From the NCBI GenBank assembly GCA_964549305.1, contig CAZJVM010000033.1, positions 1 through 29,690 of the forward strand: a stretch of 29,690 bases of DNA, in the 5' to 3' direction. Under the pieces are notes generated by a model, which saw nothing but the letters and a program-made list of their open reading frames with translations, did no database searches and was not told the origin of the DNA. Source of the DNA: an uncultured bacterium. GTDB taxonomy: Bacteria; Schekmanbacteria; GWA2-38-11; J061. Every line of letters starts with the position of its first letter. The first letter of the stretch is position 1. Both the position numbers and the translations under genes were made by a program. This document shows, piece by piece, positions 18,335 through 26,612 of the stretch.

Positions 18335-20983
18335 ATGCGTGATGAATTGATTAAAATTGTGGGCGAAGAGAGAAGCGCTTTCGATGATAATGAAATCAGG
18401 CAGTATGCAAGCGATATGGCGGCAATCCCAAGAGTCTTCAGAAAAATCGCCACTACGCTTCCCGATGCGGTAGTGCGCCCGGAATCAACTGATGAAGTAA
18501 GCGCCATTCTTTCATTCGCGTCGAAAAACAAAATCCCCTTAATTCCCAGAGGCACGGCATCTTCGGCACTGGGAGGAGTGCTTCCCACAAATGGGGGCAT
18601 CATTCTCGATATGACGGGAATGAACAAACTGGTCAATATAGACGAAAAAAACATGAAAGCGAAGGTTGAAGCGGGCATCGTGTGGGAAAAGTTGGACAAA
18701 GAGTTGAGCAAACACGGATTGTGCGTAAAGTCATATCCCACAAGCGCGCCTGCAAGCACCGTCGCGGGATGGATTGCAACAGGTGGATACGGAGTGGGCT
18801 CACTTGAAAACGGACATATTTCAGAACACATTGACGCTTTGACTATAGTCACCGCGAACGGTGAAATCAAAGAGCTAAGTTCTTCAACTGACGGGAAAGT
18901 TATATCTTCTCTCATAGGCACCGAAGGGCAATTTGCCGTTATAACGGAAGTGGTGCTTAATCTTCGCGGAATTCCGGAAGGAATCAAAACACTACTCTTT
19001 GAATTCAATGACGATGAATCGGGAATTAATTTTCTGAAAGCCATGGGAAGTTCCGAAGAAAAGCCCTTTTTCGTAAAATATGAAAACAGCGAATCTATGA
19101 ATGCGACTGTCGAAGATGATTCTGATAAGCTCGGGCCTTCTGTCATAGTGCGAATTGAAGGAGGTGAAGCGGAAAAAAGATCATCGGCAATCAGGGATAT
19201 TGCTTTGTTAAATTCCGGCACTGAGAAGGATGAAAAGGAAGCGCTTCATCACTGGGATGAAAGATTCTATCCGATGAGGGCAAAAAAGAAAGGCCCTTCG
19301 ATGCTTGCCGCTGAATTCCTTCTCCCCCTTTCATCCCTTACGGAAACCTTAAAGGAAGCGGATTCCCTGTTCAAATCAAAAAACATAAACACGATGATTG
19401 AAGTCCATCTTGTCTCACCTGACACCGCTCTCGTAATGACTACATATTTAAGCGATGAAAGAAACAAGGACCTTTACCTTTCACACCTGTTTCTCATAGA
19501 TGCCGTAATGAAGCTCTCCTTCAGGAAAGGAGGCATACCATACGGAACAGGCATCTGGAATGCCATCTATCTCAACAGGCGATACAGCAGTGAGGAGATA
19601 CAGAATTTAAAATCACTGAAAAAAAAGATGGATCCTGACTCGATCCTGAATCCCGGAAAGTTCTTTGAATTTCGCACGAAATTCGGCCCCGTCATTCCCT
19701 TCCTTCACTCAATCGGAATGGCAGGCGGAGGAAAACTTGCCTCATTGGGGCTTAAAATGTTCGGCTCACAACTCGAAGGTCCACTGAAGGGAGAAGCAGG
19801 CGAAGGAATAAAGAAGATCGAAAAAGAATTTGACGAGCTTTGGACCTGCGCAAAATGCGGTTTCTGCGTAATGGTCTGCCCAACATATGAAGAAATCGGA
19901 TGGGAAGGACTTACCGCAAGAGGTAAAATTAACGCGCTGAAAGATGCCTTGAGCGGCGAAAATCCTGAAATCACAAAGGAGTTGGCATTAAGGGCGTATC
20001 AGTGCACAACCTGTGGCGCCTGCAAAGAGGTGTGCCAGACAAATATAGAAACCGTAGAAATATGGGAGATGATGAGACGCGCATTCGTTGAAAAGAATAT
20101 GGGTCCCCTGCCGGAGCACGAAAACCTTCTCAAGAGCATAAAAAATTACGACAATCCTCTTCAACAGCCACGCTCGGGACGTGACAGATGGACAAGAATG
20201 GCATTAAAGGAGAAACGAATAAAGGAAAAAATTAAGGACATAACCAGGAGCAAATCGAAAGTGCTCTATCACGTGGGATGCATTGGCTCATTCGACGCGA
20301 ATGTAAAGGAAGTTGCCTATAACACATCTTTCATTCTTCAGTCTGCGGGGGTGGATTTCGGCATTCTGGGCAAAAAAGAGCTCTGTTGCGCGAGCACTCT
20401 CAAAAGAGTCGGTGACAGCGAATTTGAAAAAGTCGCCACAAAAACTCTCGAACTTTACAACAGCACGGGCGTTGAAACCGTGGTTACCTCCTGCTCGGGA
20501 TGTTACAAAACATTCAAGGATGACTATCCCCTCCTGGGCGATGTCAATTTCAAACCTATGCACATTGTTGAGTTTCTCGAAGACTTAATCAAGGAAGGAA
20601 AACTTGAATTCAAGCGCGAGCTCGATATGACAATCACATATCACGACCCCTGTCATCTCGGAAGGCACAGAAAAATATTTGAACCGCCGCGCACTGTATT
20701 AAGCGCGATTCCCGGAGTGAAACTCGTTGAAATGGAGAGAAACAGGGAAAACTCACGATGCTGCGGCGCGGGAGGAGGTTTCAGAATAGCATTCCCCGAT
20801 GTGCAGGCGCGTGTTGCGGTGAAAAGAGTACAGGATGCTGAAGAAACAGGCGCAGACTATATCGTTTCGGGATGTCCATTCTGTTATGCCGGAATTCAAA
20901 CTGCAATCAGCTCGGTGGGTTCAGACATTAAAATGATGGATCTCACCGAAATCGTTGCGATGGCTCTTCAGGAAGAGGAATAG
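18335..20983 (+). CDS. FAD-linked oxidoreductase (VAO/GlcD fold) fused to 2x[4Fe-4S] and two CCG domains (GlcD-GlcF-like fusion)
   Basis: PDAVVRP, PRGTASSALGG, STVAGWIATGG, IGTEGQFAVIT and DP..ILNPGK; CAKCGFCVMVCP and CTTCGACKEVC; HVGC/LCC/SCSGC and YHDPCHLGR/CCGAGGG/GCPFC. GGAGG RBS before ATG 18335. Confidence 0.92.
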   Translation: MRDELIKIVGEERSAFDDNEIRQYASDMAAIPRVFRKIATTLPDAVVRPESTDEVSAILSFASKNKIPLIPRGTASSALGGVLPTNGGIILDMTGMNKLVNIDEKNMKAKVEAGIVWEKLDKELSKHGLCVKSYPTSAPASTVAGWIATGGYGVGSLENGHISEHIDALTIVTANGEIKELSSSTDGKVISSLIGTEGQFAVITEVVLNLRGIPEGIKTLLFEFNDDESGINFLKAMGSSEEKPFFVKYENSESMNATVEDDSDKLGPSVIVRIEGGEAEKRSSAIRDIALLNSGTEKDEKEALHHWDERFYPMRAKKKGPSMLAAEFLLPLSSLTETLKEADSLFKSKNINTMIEVHLVSPDTALVMTTYLSDERNKDLYLSHLFLIDAVMKLSFRKGGIPYGTGIWNAIYLNRRYSSEEIQNLKSLKKKMDPDSILNPGKFFEFRTKFGPVIPFLHSIGMAGGGKLASLGLKMFGSQLEGPLKGEAGEGIKKIEKEFDELWTCAKCGFCVMVCPTYEEIGWEGLTARGKINALKDALSGENPEITKELALRAYQCTTCGACKEVCQTNIETVEIWEMMRRAFVEKNMGPLPEHENLLKSIKNYDNPLQQPRSGRDRWTRMALKEKRIKEKIKDITRSKSKVLYHVGCIGSFDANVKEVAYNTSFILQSAGVDFGILGKKELCCASTLKRVGDSEFEKVATKTLELYNSTGVETVVTSCSGCYKTFKDDYPLLGDVNFKPMHIVEFLEDLIKEGKLEFKRELDMTITYHDPCHLGRHRKIFEPPRTVLSAIPGVKLVEMERNRENSRCCGAGGGFRIAFPDVQARVAVKRVQDAEETGADYIVSGCPFCYAGIQTAISSVGSDIKMMDLTEIVAMALQEEE

Positions 20984-20993
20984 ATTATTCCAG

Positions 20994-21227
20994 CCCTCAC
21001 CTTAATCCTCTCCCGCAAATGGGAGAGGAAAATGATATGAGCTTCTTTCTACAACTGCTTAAATCACGTGACAAATAAAAAAAGGACAGCCGCAAGGGCC
21101 ATCCCTATATTTTTTTCAAAAACAAAAGCAGAGAAAAACAAGACCTGAATCCCCCGAACAAGTCGAAGGATGACAATTTATTGCACCAGGGAATTACTGC
21201 CTCGCAGTAGCCTGAAATTTATTTCGG
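20994..21227. repeat. Cluster of different short palindromic (REP-like) elements between convergent genes
   Basis: CCCTCAC...TCCTCTCCC-GCAAAT-GGGAGAGGA (20994-21029); GGACAGCCGCAAGGGCCATCCCTA (21084-21107); CTGAATCCCCCGAACAAGTCGAAGGATGACA (21145-21175); CAGG..TACTGC-CTC-GCAGTA.CCTG (21187-21214); CTGAAAT-TT-ATTTCGG (21212-21227). Confidence 0.65.
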
Positions 21228-21245
21228 ACAATAAAAAAACCTTAT

Positions 21246-22565
21246 CTACTTCAGACTTATATTTTTTATATCATCGGCGCTCTTGTCAATTCCCGTGCCG
21301 AGATTCAAAAGCTCGGCAATCTTCTCAGCCGTAATCTCAGGTGACGCGAGTAGAAGCACAGGACAGATTCCGAGAGTATTTGCTACGGAGTTTACCTCAT
21401 CTCCATTAGCTCCTGAATTTCCCTCAAACAATCCCTTAAGAGGCGTCCATGCGCTGTAAGGAGATGCCTTGCCCTCTCCCCAGGCATCTTCATAAGGGTT
21501 GCCTCCATCTGCACCTGATTCGGAAAGTGATGTAATGGCATCCTTTACATCATCAAATGTGGAGCCTTTCCCTTCTGCCGTTTTTGCCGCCTGCACCGGC
21601 TCGATTCCCAGTCGTGACGCGTATTCAAGTATTTTTCCGGCTTCGGCGGAAGCAAATCCCGCTTTCTGAAGCTTTATTAAAGATGCCGTATCGGTAACGA
21701 GAAAACCGGGTTCATCAACACCGCCCTGCGAAAGTTCGCTGGGCGCTTCGTTATACTTGAGAAATGTATTGCAGTTGTAGGGACATCCGAAACAGCTTAC
21801 GAGACGATGTACCGACGATGACGTCCAAGCTGATATATCTTCCGCTCCCAGATTCTCGGCAATGGAAACTATGCCGTTTTTACCGCTTATATTGCCGGCA
21901 GCAACCTCTTTCTTAAGTTCGGCGCAACCGTTTATGAATTCTTCAGGCGATTCGATTTCCACAAGCCCGAGACCTCTGAAGGCAACGGCTTTCAGGTTTT
22001 TTTCTGCAAAAGCGCCGGCAAGATTCCACTTGTCGGGAGTACCCCAGTAGTTGTGGCAAAGCTGTGCCGCTTTCGAACGGTTTTCTCCGGCAACACCAAT
22101 GGATACAACCTGCACCAGAGGGTCGCCCATTTCTTCCCTCAATGTGTCGGTTACTTCCCAGGGTGATTTTCCCCATAATTCCCCCGCATTCTGAAGGTCA
22201 CCGATTTCATCGTGAAGCCACAGATAGGCAGGCTCTTCCGATTTACCTTTAATCACTACAAAATCGAAACCGGTAAGCTTAAATTCCATACCGGCATTTA
22301 AGATAAGAGGCACGTGCACAACTTCTCCGTTAAGCGGGCTTTTAGCGGTAACTATCGCAGTGGCACCGCCGGGAAAAAGCGAGCCCGTAAAAGGCCCCAC
22401 ACCTATCACGATGGGATTTTCACTTTCATATTCGCGGTAAAGAGCGAGATTGGCTTTAGCCCCTCCGATATTCTCTTCAAAAAAATCGTCTCCGCAACCC
22501 TTTTCGTCAACTTCTCCCTGATTTAAATCTACCAATAAAATTCTATCTGAAAAAAGACCGGGCAT
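21246..22565 (-). CDS. Aldehyde:ferredoxin oxidoreductase (AOR)-fold protein, shortened, with degenerate pterin site
   Basis: RILLVDL, GPFTG, KSPLNG, GFDFVVIKGKS.EP.YL, LWGK, SIGVAGEN, KNLKAVAFRG, CFGCPYNC and LGIC motifs; GGAGG RBS; 439 aa. Confidence 0.85.
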   Translation of the reverse strand: MPGLFSDRILLVDLNQGEVDEKGCGDDFFEENIGGAKANLALYREYESENPIVIGVGPFTGSLFPGGATAIVTAKSPLNGEVVHVPLILNAGMEFKLTGFDFVVIKGKSEEPAYLWLHDEIGDLQNAGELWGKSPWEVTDTLREEMGDPLVQVVSIGVAGENRSKAAQLCHNYWGTPDKWNLAGAFAEKNLKAVAFRGLGLVEIESPEEFINGCAELKKEVAAGNISGKNGIVSIAENLGAEDISAWTSSSVHRLVSCFGCPYNCNTFLKYNEAPSELSQGGVDEPGFLVTDTASLIKLQKAGFASAEAGKILEYASRLGIEPVQAAKTAEGKGSTFDDVKDAITSLSESGADGGNPYEDAWGEGKASPYSAWTPLKGLFEGNSGANGDEVNSVANTLGICPVLLLASPEITAEKIAELLNLGTGIDKSADDIKNISLK

Positions 22566-22589
22566 TTTAAACCTCCGTTTACTTTTTAT

Positions 22590-22937
22590 TTATTCTTTGC
22601 TTATTGCGCCAGTGGGGCAAAAATTCACACATTTGTATTCATCACCATCACCGCAAAGGTCGCAGGTAGGCCTGATTAAAATAGGCTTAGCGGACGCGTT
22701 ATCGCTTCCTCCTCCGGAATCGCTTCCGGGTCTGTTGCATTCGACCCCCTCCGGTCTTCCCACAAGAATATCATCACTGCGCTTGATCATAATGCCGAAA
22801 TAATTTTTCTTCTCATCGGCGCGGTATATCATAACGCTGGAAGAAAGATTAGTAATCGCCTCATCGTGATAATAGCCGCAAGCCATTTCACAGGAGAGGC
22901 ATGCTATGCATTTTAACGGTTCGATTTTGAGTCCCAT
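22590..22937 (-). CDS. Small 2x[4Fe-4S] ferredoxin-like protein
   Basis: CIACLSCEMAC at the N-terminus and CDLC-x7-CVNFCPTGAI at the C-terminus; AAGGAG RBS; 24 nt before the AOR-like gene. Confidence 0.85.
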   Translation of the reverse strand: MGLKIEPLKCIACLSCEMACGYYHDEAITNLSSSVMIYRADEKKNYFGIMIKRSDDILVGRPEGVECNRPGSDSGGGSDNASAKPILIRPTCDLCGDGDEYKCVNFCPTGAISKE

Positions 22938-23076
22938 CAGTCACAATCTCCTTATTGTTTAATAAGATGTTTTCAGCACTTATATTAAATGTTTTAGCTG
23001 ATAGTCAACCATTTATTGAACACTTTTGACTTGTGTACGAAAGCATCAAAAACATAATTGCCCGCAGTAATCAGGG

Positions 23077-23451
23077 CTATGTGAAATAAACTGAATACAA
23101 GGCATAAGACCAGGCAATAATAACTAAAATGATAGTCAAAAAAACAGCGGCACTCCCCATATCTTTGGATTGCTTGGCAAGCTCATCATATTCAGGTGAA
23201 ACCTTATCCACTATCGCTTCAATTGCAGAATTAAGCAATTCCGCGACCAATACACTGATATTGCATAATAAAAGAACGATTCTAAGAGTTGCTGAAAAGG
23301 GAAGCAAGAAGAGCAGAAAGAGCAATATTACAAAAACCAAAAGCTCTTCTCTGAATGCAGATTCATTTTTGAACGCGATTTTTAATCCTGAAAAAGAGTA
23401 AAGCGTCGCGTCCAATATTCGCTTCAACCCATATTTAGATTCCGGCTTCAT
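23077..23451 (-). CDS. dgkA: Diacylglycerol kinase (prokaryotic DgkA family)
   Basis: YSFSGL..AF..ESAFREE, ELLNSAIEAIVD and AK.SKDMGSAAVF motifs; three TM helices. Confidence 0.93.
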   Translation of the reverse strand: MKPESKYGLKRILDATLYSFSGLKIAFKNESAFREELLVFVILLFLLFLLPFSATLRIVLLLCNISVLVAELLNSAIEAIVDKVSPEYDELAKQSKDMGSAAVFLTIILVIIAWSYALYSVYFT

Positions 23452-23537
23452 TTTATATTTTTTTGTAGATGTTAGACAGTATTATACACAGAATTAACTA
23501 AAATAGAGCAGGAATATTTTTATTCAGGAAACATCTA

Positions 23538-26500
23538 TCAAACGTGCTTACGATTCTTAAATTTTTCAATAAACTCATCAAAGACAGAATAAACAGAAGG
23601 GACAACAACAAGAGTAAGGAGCATAGATGTCAAAAGTCCGCCTATAATGGAAATAGCCATTGGCGCCCTGAATTCGGAACCCGGCGCATTACTCATTGCG
23701 ACAGGAAGCATACCGAAAATCATCGCCATTGTGGTCATGAGAATAGGCCTTAATCTTGTGGGTCCCGCCTCGAGAATCGCTTCTTCCCTCGACTTTCCCC
23801 TCTCTCTTAAAACATTAGTGTAATCCACAAGAAGAATCGCGTTTTTTGTCACAAGTCCCATAAGCATTATAAGCGCAAACATTGTGGACATGCTGAAGCT
23901 GAGACCGAAAACAAAAAGCGTAAGCACCGCGCCGATTATTGCAAGAGGAAGCGAAAGCATAATCGTAAAAGGATGGATAAAGGAGTTGAACTGCGATGCA
24001 AGCACCATATATATAAATACTATCGCAAGAAGCAATGCCTGAGTAAGTATTGTAAACGCCTCATCCATTCTTTCTGCCTGTCCCGTAAAACCGACTTTAT
24101 AACCGTTGGGCAGATCGATATCTTTTATTTTCCTTCTTATACTGCTAATCACATCACCCAGCGAAGCATCTTTTACATTGGATTCCACAAGCACCTGCCT
24201 CTGGCGGTTTTCACGCCTTATCTGGCTCGGTCCCTCTTCAATGTTTATCTTCGCAATTTCTCTGAGGGAAACATTTTTCCCTTCCTTGTCCTGTGTAAAA
24301 GAAATCATTCCTATATCATTTAAACTGTCGCGGTCTGTTTTTGCCAGTCTTACCTTGATATCATACTCATTGTCTCCATCCCTGAATTTTGAGGGAACTT
24401 CACCTTCTACAAGCGACCTGAGACTTGCCGCAACGGATATATTGTTCAAACCTATATCTCCCGCAAGGTTTCTGTTAATTTCAATTTCCAGTTCGGGACG
24501 ACCTCTCTGAAAAGAAGAGGAAACATCCACAGTGCCGGGAGTATTTTTGACAATAGGCAATATTTTTTCAGATATTTGCGCAAGCGTTGGAACGTCACTT
24601 CCCCTCACATATAATGTTACGGGAGCTTCCTGTCTGCCTCCCATATTGAAACTTTCAACGGTTATCTTTTCGGCGGGAATATCCCTTACTGCTGTTCGAA
24701 TCTGAGACTTCAAATCTTCGAGGTCACCGCCGGTTACTCTGTGGTTTTTATCGGTGCAATAGACATCGAGATGTGCATTGGTAACATCTTGAAGCTGGCC
24801 AATTGCCGTAAATATAGTTTTTACTTCCGGATTTTTTCTGATTAGCTCTTCGGCTTTTTTTGCCGCCCTATCGGTCATCTGAAGAGATGTGCCCGAAGGC
24901 ATTTTGATTGTAACACTTATTTCACCTCTATCCTGTTCTTCAAAAAAAGTCACCCCCACAAGAGGAAGCATAAAGAGCGAAAGCACGAAGACGCCTATGG
25001 CGCCCAATATGACTGTTCTGTTATGGCTGATTGTCCAATTGAGAATTGACCTGTATTGTGAATCTATACGATTGTATATTTTTTCAAGTTTGTCTGAAAT
25101 CCCCGAAAAAGCCGTTTTTACCTTTTCTTCACCTTTTCTTACGGGGCGCATAAAATATGCCGAAAGCATCGGGTCAAGGGTAAAAGAAACAAATAGTGAA
25201 ACGACTACGGCAAATGCCGCGGTAAGGCCGAAAGATTGAAACCACCTTCCTATCATTCCGGACATAAAGGCGATAGGGACAAAAACCGCCACAATACTGA
25301 AAGTGGTAGCCATAACTGCCAGTCCTATTTCCGATGTGCCGAATGACGCCGCTTCCTTTGGTTCCATTCCTTCTTCCATATGTCTGAATATATTTTCACG
25401 GACAACAATGGCATCGTCTATTACAACACCTACTACAAGATTCAACGCCATAAGCGTCATCACGTTTATTGTAAAGCCCATAAGATATACAAAGAAAAAT
25501 GTTGATATAAGAGAAGTTGGAAGTGAAAGAGCGCATATTAGCGTACTTCTCCAGTCTCGCATAAAGAGGAAAACAATCAGTATCGCCATCAATACTCCCT
25601 CTATGATGGCATTTCTCACTCCGCTCACATCTTCTCTTACCATAACCGAATCATCCCGTATGACAAAAATGCTGTAATCGGAGGGAAGATTTTTTTTCAA
25701 CCCGTCAATTCTTGCGTAAAGGTCATCGCAAAGGGAAACGGTATTGGTACCACTTTGTTTTTTAATTCCCATTGAAACGGCATCGGCGCCGTCTATCCTT
25801 GACAATCCGCGTTGATCCTTGAAACCATCAACGATATCCGCCACATCTCTGAGATATATGGGAACTCCGTCTCTCAGCGATACAACGACACTTTCTATAT
25901 CACCGACATTTGTAAATTCGCCTTTTGTTCTTACAACAATTTCATTCAGGTCCTTTTCAACTCTTCCCGCGGGAAGATTCATATTTTCCCTTTTAAGAAC
26001 ATTTGCCACCTGAAAAGCCGTAATCCCGTACGCGTCGAGCATATCCTTCCTGAGATTTACCTGTATTTCCCTTTCAAGCCCGCCAATGATATCTACGGAT
26101 GCCACATTTTCCACCTGCTCAATTGCGGGTTTTATTTCGTTCTCCGCCACATCCCTTATCTCCGAGGGGTGTCGGGGTGCCGATATGCCTATCCACATAA
26201 CAGGTCTCTGCGCAGGGTCCATTCGCTCGATTACCGGTTCCTTTACATCATCAGGCAAATCCGTCTTCTTCTGAAAAACCTTTTCCCTCACTTCTATTGA
26301 AGCAATCTTTATTGGTATTTCAAACTCAAACTCAAGAATAATCCTCGACAATCCTTCCGTTGTAATGGAATTTATCTTTTTGATGCCGTTAACAGAGCTG
26401 ACTGCTTCCTCGAGAGGTTTGGTCACTGTAGTTTCAACTTCCGACGGACTTGCTCCGGGATATCTTGTGGAAACGGTAATGAAGGGAGGATTTACTTCAG

Positions 26501-26612
26501 GAGTCTGCTGAATTCCGAGATAGGAGATCGAAACAATGCCGAGCACCATAAGGGCGGCAATCATCATTACGGCAAAAACCGGGCGATTTATTGATATCTC
26601 TGATATTAACAC
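23538..26612 (-). CDS. RND efflux transporter permease (AcrB/MdtB-like)
   Basis: 1024 aa; RPVFA, YPGASPSEVE, GVVIDDAIVVRENI, TLDPML, GLVTKNAILLVD and RLRPILMTT motifs. The GTG start overlaps the MFP stop. Confidence 0.96.
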   Translation of the reverse strand: MLISEISINRPVFAVMMIAALMVLGIVSISYLGIQQTPEVNPPFITVSTRYPGASPSEVETTVTKPLEEAVSSVNGIKKINSITTEGLSRIILEFEFEIPIKIASIEVREKVFQKKTDLPDDVKEPVIERMDPAQRPVMWIGISAPRHPSEIRDVAENEIKPAIEQVENVASVDIIGGLEREIQVNLRKDMLDAYGITAFQVANVLKRENMNLPAGRVEKDLNEIVVRTKGEFTNVGDIESVVVSLRDGVPIYLRDVADIVDGFKDQRGLSRIDGADAVSMGIKKQSGTNTVSLCDDLYARIDGLKKNLPSDYSIFVIRDDSVMVREDVSGVRNAIIEGVLMAILIVFLFMRDWRSTLICALSLPTSLISTFFFVYLMGFTINVMTLMALNLVVGVVIDDAIVVRENIFRHMEEGMEPKEAASFGTSEIGLAVMATTFSIVAVFVPIAFMSGMIGRWFQSFGLTAAFAVVVSLFVSFTLDPMLSAYFMRPVRKGEEKVKTAFSGISDKLEKIYNRIDSQYRSILNWTISHNRTVILGAIGVFVLSLFMLPLVGVTFFEEQDRGEISVTIKMPSGTSLQMTDRAAKKAEELIRKNPEVKTIFTAIGQLQDVTNAHLDVYCTDKNHRVTGGDLEDLKSQIRTAVRDIPAEKITVESFNMGGRQEAPVTLYVRGSDVPTLAQISEKILPIVKNTPGTVDVSSSFQRGRPELEIEINRNLAGDIGLNNISVAASLRSLVEGEVPSKFRDGDNEYDIKVRLAKTDRDSLNDIGMISFTQDKEGKNVSLREIAKINIEEGPSQIRRENRQRQVLVESNVKDASLGDVISSIRRKIKDIDLPNGYKVGFTGQAERMDEAFTILTQALLLAIVFIYMVLASQFNSFIHPFTIMLSLPLAIIGAVLTLFVFGLSFSMSTMFALIMLMGLVTKNAILLVDYTNVLRERGKSREEAILEAGPTRLRPILMTTMAMIFGMLPVAMSNAPGSEFRAPMAISIIGGLLTSMLLTLVVVPSVYSVFDEFIEKFKNRKHV

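Noticed and set aside
20984-21245. CRISPR array or tRNA in the repeat-rich spacer
   Set aside because: The hairpins differ from each other, there is no repeat-spacer periodicity, no cloverleaf or T-loop consensus, and no cas genes.
21246-22565. AOR pseudogene
   Set aside because: No frameshift or internal stop, a good RBS, selectively retained Cys ligands, and no recognisable remnant of the missing C-terminus after the stop. Not formally excluded without homologues.
21246-22937. Class II benzoyl-CoA reductase BamBC or a normal AOR
   Set aside because: Too short and missing the pterin-binding motifs; no other bam genes are in the window.
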